Assembly: GCA_040386515.1 (NCBI GenBank)
Contig: JAZKFG010000002.1
Coordinates: 191,716-250,297 of the forward strand
Reading direction: 5' to 3'
DNA from: Patescibacteria group bacterium
GTDB lineage: Bacteria > Patescibacteriota > Minisyncoccia > Phycocordibacterales > CAIZLB01
DNA length: 58,582 nucleotides
Shown here: positions 34,330 through 43,236 of the stretch, piece after piece
Position numbering within the stretch: position 1 is the first letter of the stretch
Layout: each line of letters opens with the position of its first letter
The notes under the pieces: model-generated
Databases searched by the model: none
Told to the model about the DNA's origin: nothing
Seen by the model: only the letters and a program-made list of their open reading frames with translations
Program-made: the position numbers and the translations under genes

Positions 34330-35238
34330 ATGGCAAGCAGACATCAATCCCGAACAATAGCATTACAATCTCTGTACGAGATTGATTTTCGTGGTATTGA
34401 CCCTAACTTGTTTGAAGAGGTTCTTGTACACAATGTGCAGGAATTTTCTCAAAATGATGTAGATATGACATACGCCAAGGCACTCCTTGACGGAATTTTG
34501 AAGAAACAAAAGGAAATAGACGCAATTATTATTAAAGCTGCCCCAGAATGGCCTCTTGATAAAATTGGAATTGTAGATCGAAACGTATTACGTCTCGGTT
34601 TGTATGAACTTATATATGCAGATAAAGCTGAAGTTCCAGCAAAAGTAGCTATTAACGAGGCTATTGAAGTGGCTAAGTTTTTTAGTGGGGACACATCAGG
34701 CAAATTTGTTAACGGAGTACTTGGCGCAGTATATAGAGACCTATATGGTGCAGAAGAGCCTAAAGCTAAAAGAGAACCTAAAGTTAAGAAAGAATTAACA
34801 GAGGAAGAAAAGCAGGCATTACCAGTACAAAAACTTGTTGGAAGTATTGTATATGCGAAGCATGAAGGTGATATGTATCTTGCGCTTGTGCATGACGTAT
34901 TTGGGTTTTGGACATTGTCAAAAGGAAAATTCCTAGAAGGTGAAAGTCTTATTGATGCAGCAAAGAGAAAAGTACAGGAAGAATTAGGTATTGCATGTGA
35001 ATATAAAGAAACTGTTGATACAAGTGAATATATTGCATCTCATCCTGAATTTAAAAAAGTTCGAAAACAAGTTGAATACGTTTTAGCTGAAGCTGAATTC
35101 TCATCGCTTACTGCAAAAAAAGAAGGAGGACTTAAAGATGCTGCGTGGTTTAAAATAGACACAGTGCTCGATCTTAATCTCTATGAAGATATGGTTCCGG
35201 TTATCAAAAAAGCTATAGACATAATAGCGAAACAATAA
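34330..35238 (+). CDS. nusB: NusB antitermination factor fused to a C-terminal Nudix hydrolase domain
   Basis: Residues 1-140 are NusB (SRTIALQSLYEIDF...DRNVLRLGLYELIY...INEAIEVAKFFSGDTSGKFVNGVLG). A Lys/Glu linker follows, then a Nudix box GKFLEGESLIDAAKRKVQEELGI. Confidence 0.8.
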   Translation: MASRHQSRTIALQSLYEIDFRGIDPNLFEEVLVHNVQEFSQNDVDMTYAKALLDGILKKQKEIDAIIIKAAPEWPLDKIGIVDRNVLRLGLYELIYADKAEVPAKVAINEAIEVAKFFSGDTSGKFVNGVLGAVYRDLYGAEEPKAKREPKVKKELTEEEKQALPVQKLVGSIVYAKHEGDMYLALVHDVFGFWTLSKGKFLEGESLIDAAKRKVQEELGIACEYKETVDTSEYIASHPEFKKVRKQVEYVLAEAEFSSLTAKKEGGLKDAAWFKIDTVLDLNLYEDMVPVIKKAIDIIAKQ

Positions 35239-35255
35239 AATATTTGAATACAGTT

Positions 35256-35957
35256 ATGATTAAAGTTGAAAAATTTAAAGAATTATCAAAAAAACTCGGA
35301 ATCGAATTTGGAAATATCAATTTGTTGGCTCAGGCATTTACGCACAGATCGTATTTAAATGAACACAGAAATTCAGGACTTGAGCACAACGAGCGTCTCG
35401 AGTTTTTAGGCGATGCAGTTCTTGAGCTTGTAGTAACAAACTTTTTGTATAAAACATATCCGAAAAAGCCAGAAGGTGATATGACTGCCTACAGATCTGC
35501 TCTTGTAAATGCTCAGACTCTTGCTGGTGTTGCTGAAACTCTTGGGCTTAACAATTATCTTTTACTTTCAAAAGGTGAGGCTAAGGATACTGGACGAGCT
35601 CGGCAATATATTCTTGCTAACACAATTGAGGCGCTTATTGGTGCTATATATCTTGATCTTGGATACGATGCGGCTGCGCATTTTATCGACACTAATGTAC
35701 ACGTTCTTATTCATGAAGTTATTGAAAAGAAAAAGTTTATTGACTCAAAAAGTTTATTCCAAGAATTATCACAGGAGCATGTTGGCGTTACACCTCGATA
35801 TGAGCTTATGAAAGAATTTGGTCCTGATCACGATAAGCTTTTTACAGTTGGTGTATTTTTAAATGACATACATATTGCAAGCGGAGATGGGAAGTCAAAG
35901 CAGGAAGCAGAGACTCAGGCAGCGTACAAAGCGCTTATTGCTAAAAAGTGGGCGTAA
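35256..35957 (+). CDS. rnc: Ribonuclease III
   Basis: Signature NERLEFLGDAVLELV and a C-terminal dsRBD (GPDHDKLFTVGV...GKSKQEAETQAAYKAL). An in-frame TTG at 35244 is an alternative start. Confidence 0.9.
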   Translation: MIKVEKFKELSKKLGIEFGNINLLAQAFTHRSYLNEHRNSGLEHNERLEFLGDAVLELVVTNFLYKTYPKKPEGDMTAYRSALVNAQTLAGVAETLGLNNYLLLSKGEAKDTGRARQYILANTIEALIGAIYLDLGYDAAAHFIDTNVHVLIHEVIEKKKFIDSKSLFQELSQEHVGVTPRYELMKEFGPDHDKLFTVGVFLNDIHIASGDGKSKQEAETQAAYKALIAKKWA

Positions 35958-36701
35958 TTATACTTTCGCTGGCTTAGATTTTGTTTTAAGTTTTTTGTTG
36001 GTTCGAATTCTTTGAGCACGAAGTGTACCTGTGGCTTTTGTGGATACTCTATATCCACGACCTGGAACTGTTTCTATGGTTGTGTTTTTGCCGTCTCCGA
36101 TTTTTCTTCGAATATTTCTAATATGAGTTTCAATTGTATTTGAAAATGGATCAAAATCCTTATTCCATACATGGTCCATAATATCCATTCTGCTCACTAC
36201 TTGTCCTGGCTTTTTAGCAATTTGTTCGAGAATAAGAAATTCTTTTCGAGTCATATATACTTGTTTTCCTTTTTTCGAAACAGTTAATGAGTCGACATCT
36301 ATTGTTACGTCATCAATAGTAATAATCTCTTCCTTAATATCATATGGTCGACGAACAAGAGTCTTAATACGTATCACAAGTTCAGCAATAGAAAATGGCT
36401 TAGCAATGCAATCATCGGCACCTGCTTCAAGATAGGCAATTCTGTCATCTGTATTGCCATGAATACTCATAATAAGAATTGGAGTTTTAACATATGATCT
36501 TCGAAGCTCCTTGCAGATTTCAGTACCAAGTTTTTTAGGAAGAATATGATCAAGCAAAATCAAATCATATGCATTGGTTCGTGCAATATATGAACCTGTA
36601 TCTCCTTCATGACACGTATCAACGGTCATATGCTCAGACTGTAAACATTCTACAAGTGCTTTTGTTAAATCAATATCGTCTTCTATAAGAAGTATTCGCA
36701 T
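35958..36701 (-). CDS. OmpR-family response regulator (orphan) with basic C-terminal tail
   Basis: 247 aa with receiver and winged-helix domains, and an extra tail RAQRIRTNKKLKTKSKPAKV. No adjacent kinase. Confidence 0.85.
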   Translation of the reverse strand: MRILLIEDDIDLTKALVECLQSEHMTVDTCHEGDTGSYIARTNAYDLILLDHILPKKLGTEICKELRRSYVKTPILIMSIHGNTDDRIAYLEAGADDCIAKPFSIAELVIRIKTLVRRPYDIKEEIITIDDVTIDVDSLTVSKKGKQVYMTRKEFLILEQIAKKPGQVVSRMDIMDHVWNKDFDPFSNTIETHIRNIRRKIGDGKNTTIETVPGRGYRVSTKATGTLRAQRIRTNKKLKTKSKPAKV

Positions 36702-36821
36702 ATAATTTTAAAGTTTATAAATAAAGTTTGTTAATAATATAGTAACACACTGTATATTCTATATGCATCAAGATAATGAATTATGAAATTTAAATTAAAT
36801 AAAAGATAAAGATTTGATAAA

Positions 36822-36865
36822 TAAAAAACACCTCACTGGTCCGGAGACCAGGAGGGTTGTTTTTA
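36822..36865. terminator. GC-rich hairpin terminator at the left edge of the GC-rich island
   Basis: Minus strand: CCTCCTGGTC-TCCG-GACCAGTGAGG (one bulge) followed by a T-run. A weaker T-run follows on the plus strand as well. Confidence 0.7.
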
Positions 36866-37651
36866 CGCAAGCTGCGTATTTGCCATTACGATGGCTGAGT
36901 TGACCACACGAAACCGTTTGCAGTCGCACGGTACATGTTTGCATTCAGGACAACCATTTTCATAGACTTCTCTGACATAGTGTTCCAAATCAATGTTGAG
37001 TTGGACGGCTACAGCTATTGTCCAAGCCAGAATGTCAGCAAGCTCAGACGTATAGGCATCCTCGATATCACTGACTGAAGAGTCTAAATGATCATGACCT
37101 ATAGCAATTTCATTGAGTTCTTTTATCTCATCATCTAGCCGATGGAGACAATACAGCACCCCGCCCTTATCAGAGTTTGTTTTGCCGAACACTCTGTCCA
37201 GATTTTTCTGATGGTCATGCAAATTCCAGAACGGCTGTTCATTGCTCGGTTTGTGAAATACATATTCAGCACGCTCTTCGTCCTCGCATATACACTCAAA
37301 GGCATGACAAGAGCTGCATTCACCTTCGGGAAATTTTTTGCACATGCTTTCGGTAAAAGGCAAATCCCAGCCATGATTTACGATGGCAAGTATTCTTGCT
37401 ACCATTCTGGCTAGATTTTCGCCTAATATGTCCTTATCTTCTGCGTGTTTACGGAAAGCTTTGGTCAGCCTGTGAGATTGAGAAAGCAAAAACATGATGT
37501 GATGATTCAGACTTGGGTAATGAACCAAGTTTTTACGCTCATAAATTCTTTTAAAGTGATTACCAATTTCTGTTAAGTTCATGATAGTAGGAAAGGGTGA
37601 ATTGTTGAAAAGTCCAGATTTGACAATACCATTTGGAAATACAGGTGTCAA
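36863..37651 (-). CDS. Tandem MazG-like (all-alpha NTP pyrophosphohydrolase-like) protein with two Cys clusters
   Basis: 262 aa from the TTG at 37651; an alternative ATG at 37582 gives 239 aa. It contains two helical modules, and each ends in a Cys cluster (CSSCHAFECIC and CPECKHVPCDC). The second module has a MazG-like helix pair (EIKELNEIA...SELADILAWTIAVAVQLNIDLE). About 50% GC. The family call is by eye only. Confidence 0.5.
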   Translation of the reverse strand: MTPVFPNGIVKSGLFNNSPFPTIMNLTEIGNHFKRIYERKNLVHYPSLNHHIMFLLSQSHRLTKAFRKHAEDKDILGENLARMVARILAIVNHGWDLPFTESMCKKFPEGECSSCHAFECICEDEERAEYVFHKPSNEQPFWNLHDHQKNLDRVFGKTNSDKGGVLYCLHRLDDEIKELNEIAIGHDHLDSSVSDIEDAYTSELADILAWTIAVAVQLNIDLEHYVREVYENGCPECKHVPCDCKRFRVVNSAIVMANTQLA

Positions 37652-37671
37652 TTTTTTGTAATGATTCTACA

Positions 37672-37700
37672 TTGACTTTTTATCTAAACAACCGTATAAT
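37672..37700 (+). promoter_or_regulatory. Canonical sigma70-type promoter TTGACT-17-TATAAT
   Basis: TTGACT at 37672-37677 and TATAAT at 37695-37700, with a 17-nt spacer. It would start transcription ~125 nt upstream of the ATG at 37832. Confidence 0.65.
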
Positions 37701-37831
37701 ATGCACAGTTCTTTAACAATTTGGGTGTGTTCGCAACAGCATGTAGATACTTATTTTATACTGGTTTTTGTATGTTGCGGCGAACAACATCACAAAGTAC
37801 GCTAATCCTTGCACACGTTGTGCGAGGTTAG

Positions 37832-38572
37832 ATGGTGACTTTGGGAGAATCTAGTACCCAACGCGATATCATGTCAAAAACAAGTCAGAAAATGCAACTC
37901 CTCGCCTTTCTTGCTACTCACCTCGATGAGGCACAGTGTGAAGGAAGGGGGCTCGCCAACCTGGTTGCGGCGAAACAAGAAGGTCTGGAGGATTTAATTC
38001 GTTTCATCAACGGATATACCAGTGCAGAAATGCAGAGGGATATTCGTTTGGACCCTGCACAGTTTGGTTTCCCTCCTTTCGCAAAAAGACTGGTCTTTAT
38101 TGGTGTTGAGCCGACCAGATCTAAGTTCTATGAACCTGCAAATTTTGCGGCTGTCGTTACTACAGCAATTTACACTTTTTCTATTAAAATTCCTGAAGAA
38201 GGAGTTCCGATGCCAAAAATCTTTGAGACGCTCATAAGTGCTTTTGATCTAATCTACTCCGCACTGATTGATGATAAAAAAGCTTGTTATCCAGTCAAAG
38301 CAAATGATCTGATTCAAAAACATTGTGGTTTTCATGAGCTTTCTTGCATCCTTGAAAATCTAAATAGGATGCCTGCTACATTTGCGCAAGCGGTTCAAGG
38401 CAAAATTGCTTATGGTCTTCGTGACGCAATTCGAAATGGTAACGGCATTATTATGGTTCCGTACATCGATTTCAAAGCCAAAGCTCCAGCACTTGGATGG
38501 GTAGGGATTGAGGATGTTGAATTCGATCAGAATTCCGTCGCACTCTATAATCCTGCTCTGCAGTTCAACTAA
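37832..38572 (+). CDS. Hypothetical protein (246 aa), no recognisable domain
   Basis: Intact ORF of ~47-50% GC. The ATG is preceded by GAGG (37824-37827). Followed by a strong terminator. I recognise no motif. Confidence 0.6.
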   Translation: MVTLGESSTQRDIMSKTSQKMQLLAFLATHLDEAQCEGRGLANLVAAKQEGLEDLIRFINGYTSAEMQRDIRLDPAQFGFPPFAKRLVFIGVEPTRSKFYEPANFAAVVTTAIYTFSIKIPEEGVPMPKIFETLISAFDLIYSALIDDKKACYPVKANDLIQKHCGFHELSCILENLNRMPATFAQAVQGKIAYGLRDAIRNGNGIIMVPYIDFKAKAPALGWVGIEDVEFDQNSVALYNPALQFN

Positions 38573-38594
38573 TCCCTCCCAAGGCCTCACCCTA

Positions 38595-38630
38595 GTCCGG
38601 CGCCACTCTCAGTGGTCGCCGGGCTTTTTT
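38595..38630 (+). terminator. GC-rich rho-independent terminator at the right edge of the island
   Basis: CCGGCGCCAC (38597-38606), loop TCTCA, GTGGTCGCCGG (38612-38622, one bulge), then GC and T6. Confidence 0.85.
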
Positions 38631-38684
38631 CATGCAATCCTCATTCATTGCCAAAAAACCCATAGTAATGTACTATATCGCTAT

Positions 38685-38903
38685 ATGGCACAAGACTCTC
38701 AGGATAAAGTAATACTCGTTGGAACTGTTGTAGAATCACTACCCGACACTCATTTTAGAGTGCAGCTTGATGATGGAAAACTCGTACTCGCATACCTTAC
38801 AGGTAAGATGAAATACAACCGAATTCGTATCTTAGTCGGAGATACTGTAGAAATTCAGCTCGACGCGCACGGAGGAAAACCACGTCTTATTCGACGACGA
38901 TAA
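38685..38903 (+). CDS. infA: Translation initiation factor IF-1
   Basis: Trimmed to MAQDSQDKVILVGTVVESLPDTHFRVQLDDGKLVLAYLTGKMKYNRIRILVGDTVEIQL. The upstream part of the listed ORF runs through the terminator. Confidence 0.9.
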   Translation: MAQDSQDKVILVGTVVESLPDTHFRVQLDDGKLVLAYLTGKMKYNRIRILVGDTVEIQLDAHGGKPRLIRRR

Positions 38904-38907
38904 TTAT

Positions 38908-40290
38908 ATGACTAATATTGTTGTACGATTTCCACCAAGTCCTACAGGTCATGCCCACATCGGTTCGTACAGAACTGCTATTTTCAATTATTTATTTGCA
39001 AAAAAACACAATGCAAAGTTTTTGCTTCGAATAGAGGATACCGATAAGGCTCGATCAAAAATGGAGTATCAAGAAGGTATTATTGAAAGTTTGTCATGGC
39101 TTGGATTAGGCTATGATGGTTTTTCAATACAATCTGAAAATATTGAATCTCATAAAAAAGCTATTCAAAAACTTATTGTAGAAGATAAAGCATATGTTTC
39201 AAAAGAAGAGGCGAAAGATGGGAGCGGAGTTATAAAAGAAATTGTTCGATTTCGAAATCCAAATAAAGTTGTAACATTTAAAGATTTAATTCTTGGTGAT
39301 ATATCAGTGGATACTACTGATCTTGGTGATTTCGTTATTGCCCGTAATACGGAAGATCCGCTCTATCACTTAGCTGTTGTAGTTGATGATACAGAATCAG
39401 AAGTAACGCATGTTATTCGGGGAATGGATCATATTTCAAATACTCCGCGACAGATTTTATTAATAGAAGCGCTCGGTGCCAAAGTTCCAGAATATGCGCA
39501 TATTCCTCTTGTACTCGGAGAAGACAAACAAAAGCTTTCAAAACGAAAGGGTGCGCTTTCGGTATTGGAATATAAGAAGCGAGGATATCTTCCTTCAGCT
39601 ATTTTAAATGCAGCTACTTTTATAGGATTCAATCCAGGAGGAGAAAAAGAAATCTATACGCTTCAAGAACTTATAGAAGTATTTGATTTATCTAAAGTAC
39701 AAAAAGGAGGGGCTGTATTTAATCCTGTAAAGCTTGATTGGTTTAATCAAGAGCACATGAAGCTTTTGAGTGAAGATACATATATTGAATTTGTCACTTC
39801 ATTTATACCTGCAGTGGTAGCCGAAAAAGTTGATGCACAAACGCTACGAAAAATACTATTAATTGTTCGAGATAGATTAGTATTCGCTGGAGAGCTTGAA
39901 CATATGGACACTGACTCGTCATATACATATATGTTTGAGTCACCATATGACTCGCATAGATCGGATGAAGAGATTCAATCACTTGTATTGGTTCCAGAGA
40001 AAATGAAAAAGGGGGCTGTTGTCACTGCTGCAACAACTCATGCAATATTAGAAGATGTGAAAAATATTATTGCCTCGCTCACAGAGTCAGATTTTAATTC
40101 TGTAGAAAGCATTAAGGAAAAACTTTGGGCATATGCTGAAGAAAAAGGAAAAGGTATAGTATTATGGCCGCTTAGAATGTCTCTAACACTTCAGGAAAAG
40201 TCACTTGATCCATTTTCAATGATATATATACTCGGAAAAGATGAATCTATATCGCGTATTCAAAAAGCACAGAGTATCATGCTACAATAG
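38908..40290 (+). CDS. gltX: Glutamyl-tRNA synthetase
   Basis: 460 aa. FPPSPTGHAHIGSYRTAIFNY (HIGH region), LRIEDTD and KLSKRKG (KMSKS). Confidence 0.92.
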   Translation: MTNIVVRFPPSPTGHAHIGSYRTAIFNYLFAKKHNAKFLLRIEDTDKARSKMEYQEGIIESLSWLGLGYDGFSIQSENIESHKKAIQKLIVEDKAYVSKEEAKDGSGVIKEIVRFRNPNKVVTFKDLILGDISVDTTDLGDFVIARNTEDPLYHLAVVVDDTESEVTHVIRGMDHISNTPRQILLIEALGAKVPEYAHIPLVLGEDKQKLSKRKGALSVLEYKKRGYLPSAILNAATFIGFNPGGEKEIYTLQELIEVFDLSKVQKGGAVFNPVKLDWFNQEHMKLLSEDTYIEFVTSFIPAVVAEKVDAQTLRKILLIVRDRLVFAGELEHMDTDSSYTYMFESPYDSHRSDEEIQSLVLVPEKMKKGAVVTAATTHAILEDVKNIIASLTESDFNSVESIKEKLWAYAEEKGKGIVLWPLRMSLTLQEKSLDPFSMIYILGKDESISRIQKAQSIMLQ

Positions 40291-40296
40291 GGAGAT

Positions 40297-41604
40297 ATGA
40301 AAAGGCTGTCACATGTAAGTTTGGTAATAGGCACAATATGCCTTTTTGCTATATCTGGAACATATATAAATGCGCAAACTGCAACAACGCAAACAACTGC
40401 TCAGACAAAGGAGCAGTTGCAGGCACAGATTGAAGAGCGTGCACGTTTGATTCAAGATCTCGAAAAGGAAATCAAAGCCTATGCTGATTTGGCTGATAAA
40501 TCTTCTAAAGAAGCAGAGACATTAAGTGGATATATTAAAGGATTAGAGCGACAGGTAAGTGCTGTATCTGTTGATATTAAAAAAAGTGAAACGCTTATTC
40601 AAAAAAGTAATTTAGAAATTACTCAGATTTCAGATGATATTGAGGAAGGACAGGCACGAATGGCTCGCTTTAAAGCAGGGCTTGCTGAAACACTCGTTAC
40701 GCAATATCAATCTGATGATATTAATATTATTGAAAACCTTTTAGGAAATAAAAACCTGCTTGCTTCAGTTCAGGATCTTGATCATTTACAAAATATTCAA
40801 GCAGAGGTAGGAAGTAGAGTTCTTGATGTGATTAAAGAAAGACAATCACTTGAGAGTAATAAGACAGAAGAAATGAAAAAGAAGGAAGAACTTGAAGCTG
40901 AGAAAAATAAATTGCAGTCAAAGCAAAAGACTCTTGATATTGCAAAAGCTGAACAGAAAAAAGAGCTTGAATTAACTAAAAATCAGGAAAAGAATTATAA
41001 GACAATTCTTGACGATAAAAAGAAAAAGAAAGCTGCATTTGAAAAAGAGCTTTTTGATTATGAAAAAAAGTTGACTTATGTGCTTAATCCAAACAGTATT
41101 CCAAAAGCCAATAACTCTGCTCTTGACTGGCCGCTTGACAATGTACTTATTACACAGCAATTTGGTAAAACAAATGCATCGGCAAGACTTTATGCTGCAG
41201 GAACACACAATGGTGTGGACTTTAGAGCAGCAGTTGGAACTCCTATAAAATCTGCAGGGAATGGAAAAGTGGCAGGAACAGGGGATACTGACGCTGACTG
41301 CAAAGGTGCATCATTTGGACGATGGGTATTGATTAAATACGACAACGGTCTGGCTACAACATACGGACACCTTTCAAGTATTTCAGTGAGCGCAGGACAA
41401 GCTGTGACTTCAGGACAGGTTGTTGGATATAGTGGAAACACTGGATATTCAACTGGTCCACACCTTCACGTGAGTACATATGCAGCTGACGCGGTGAATC
41501 CTGTAACTCGACCAAGTAATACATGTCCTGGAAAAAGTATGACAATGCCAGTGTCTGCGGTTAATGCATACCTTGATCCACTTGTGTATTTCCCTAAGAA
41601 ATAA
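40297..41604 (+). CDS. M23-family metallopeptidase with N-terminal coiled coil (EnvC-like)
   Basis: 435 aa with a signal peptide and a long coiled coil. M23 motifs HNGVDFRA and GNTGYSTGPHLHV. Confidence 0.88.
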   Translation: MKRLSHVSLVIGTICLFAISGTYINAQTATTQTTAQTKEQLQAQIEERARLIQDLEKEIKAYADLADKSSKEAETLSGYIKGLERQVSAVSVDIKKSETLIQKSNLEITQISDDIEEGQARMARFKAGLAETLVTQYQSDDINIIENLLGNKNLLASVQDLDHLQNIQAEVGSRVLDVIKERQSLESNKTEEMKKKEELEAEKNKLQSKQKTLDIAKAEQKKELELTKNQEKNYKTILDDKKKKKAAFEKELFDYEKKLTYVLNPNSIPKANNSALDWPLDNVLITQQFGKTNASARLYAAGTHNGVDFRAAVGTPIKSAGNGKVAGTGDTDADCKGASFGRWVLIKYDNGLATTYGHLSSISVSAGQAVTSGQVVGYSGNTGYSTGPHLHVSTYAADAVNPVTRPSNTCPGKSMTMPVSAVNAYLDPLVYFPKK

Positions 41605-41643
41605 TCTAAGCAGAGTGTTGACAGATATGGTATTATTGCTCCC

Positions 41644-42738
41644 ATGAAAGACTACTATAAGAGCCTGGGAGTAAGTAAAAACGCAACACAGGACGAGATT
41701 AAAAAAGCTTTTCGAAAGCTTGCTCTTGAACATCATCCAGATAAAAACGGAGGTAAAGATGAAAAGTTTAAAGAGATAAATGAAGCGTATGGTGTTCTTT
41801 CTGACACAAAGAAAAGACAGCACTATGATACGTACGGCAGTGAGGGTCCTCAAATGGGTGGAGGTCAAGCAGGACAAGGATTCGGAGGTTTTGATTTTTC
41901 AGGATTTTCACAAGGTCAGGGTGGAGTAGAATTTGATCTAGGTGATATTTTCGGTTCAATGTTTGGCGGAGGAGGAAGAAAAGGAGGTGGAGGTAGAGCA
42001 CGAACTCGTGGTGCTGATATTGCTGTTGACATAACTCTAACCTTTAAAGAATCTGCACTTGGTGTTGATAGAGCTATAGAATACTCCCGTCATGCAACAT
42101 GTGTAACATGCAAAGGAAGTAAAGCAGAGCCTGGAAGTGATTTAAAAACTTGTGATACATGTAAAGGAAAAGGTCATGTCACAAAGATGCAGCGATCTAT
42201 TTTTGGAAATATAGAACAGCAGTATGTATGTGATGCATGTGATGGAACAGGAAAAATTCCAACTAAAGCATGTCATACATGTCACGGTGCTGGTGTTACA
42301 AAACAAAAAGAATCTATCACCGTGCATATTCCAAGTGGTATTCATTCTGGCGAATCGCTTCGAGTGCAAGGAAGAGGGGAAATGGAAGCAGGTGGTGTTG
42401 CAGGAGATCTATATATTCGAGTACAAGTAAAAAATGATAGTGTTTTTTCTAAAGAAAAAAGCACGGTATTTATGACGCAACATATTCCATTATCTACTGC
42501 TATTGGTGGAGGTGATATAAAGATTCATTCATTTGATCAAGACTTCACGTTATCTATTCCATCAGGAGTGGGAAGTGGAGATGTGCTTCGAGCAAAGGAA
42601 AAAGGAGGAGTGATAGATAGTTCTCGCGGAGCTACAAAAAGAGGCGATATGCATATTACCCTTAAAGTTGATATGCCAAAAAAAATTGGTGGCGATATAA
42701 AACAAGCAATTGAAGCATTAAAAAAAGCTGGTTACTAA
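41644..42738 (+). CDS. dnaJ: Chaperone DnaJ
   Basis: J domain (DYYKSLGV...HHPDKN), G/F-rich region and four CxxCxG zinc-finger repeats. TGgTATTAT at 41628-41636 ends 8 nt before the ATG. Confidence 0.92.
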   Translation: MKDYYKSLGVSKNATQDEIKKAFRKLALEHHPDKNGGKDEKFKEINEAYGVLSDTKKRQHYDTYGSEGPQMGGGQAGQGFGGFDFSGFSQGQGGVEFDLGDIFGSMFGGGGRKGGGGRARTRGADIAVDITLTFKESALGVDRAIEYSRHATCVTCKGSKAEPGSDLKTCDTCKGKGHVTKMQRSIFGNIEQQYVCDACDGTGKIPTKACHTCHGAGVTKQKESITVHIPSGIHSGESLRVQGRGEMEAGGVAGDLYIRVQVKNDSVFSKEKSTVFMTQHIPLSTAIGGGDIKIHSFDQDFTLSIPSGVGSGDVLRAKEKGGVIDSSRGATKRGDMHITLKVDMPKKIGGDIKQAIEALKKAGY

Positions 42739-42739
42739 T

Positions 42740-43123
42740 ATGTATAAAAAAATCCTACAATATGCAGTGTCAGGCGGTACTGCATTTATTATGGATTTTG
42801 CAGTATTGTATGCATTGTTCGCCTACACTCATTTAAGTTATTTTTATGCAGTGCCTTTGGCATTTATATTTGGAACGCTTGTAAATTATTCCATAAATCA
42901 TTTGTGGGTATTTAAAGGGAATACACAATCTGTTGCAAAAGGGTATTGGTATTTTTTACAAATTGCTTTGATCGGAATTATTGCAACACTTGGCATAATG
43001 ACAATCATGATTGAGTGGCTGCATATCAATACGCTGTTTTCACGAGTGGTTGCTGCAGGGCTAGTTTTTATTTGGAGTTTTGCAGCAAATTATTTTTTAA
43101 ACTTTATCTTTAACGCGTTATAA
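42740..43123 (+). CDS. GtrA-family membrane protein
   Basis: 127 aa, four TM segments. YAVSGGTAFIMDFAVLYAL...NYSINHLWVF is typical of GtrA-like proteins. Confidence 0.75.
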   Translation: MYKKILQYAVSGGTAFIMDFAVLYALFAYTHLSYFYAVPLAFIFGTLVNYSINHLWVFKGNTQSVAKGYWYFLQIALIGIIATLGIMTIMIEWLHINTLFSRVVAAGLVFIWSFAANYFLNFIFNAL

Positions 43124-43236
43124 CGGAACATTTTAATTTATGCACGTTTAAAATTCTAAATTAGATGTTAAAAGCCTCTTACTTAGGTACATATGCTAGA
43201 AACATGTATAAATATAACAGCTGCTACAATAGAGCT

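Noticed and set aside
38508-38684. The N-terminal extension of infA (the 131-aa ORF).
   Set aside because: The extension overlaps the end of the upstream gene and its terminator. IF-1 homology starts at MAQDSQDKVILVG (38685).
40290-40294. GGGAG before the M23 peptidase gene as a Shine-Dalgarno site.
   Set aside because: Only 2 nt separate GGAG from the ATG at 40297, too short for a functional SD. It is more likely part of the gltX 3' end (..CAA TAG GGAG).
41618-41623. TTGACA upstream of dnaJ as a -35 box.
   Set aside because: Only 7 nt separate it from the TATTAT -10 (41631-41636), far from the 16-18-nt spacing. The extended -10 alone explains the promoter.
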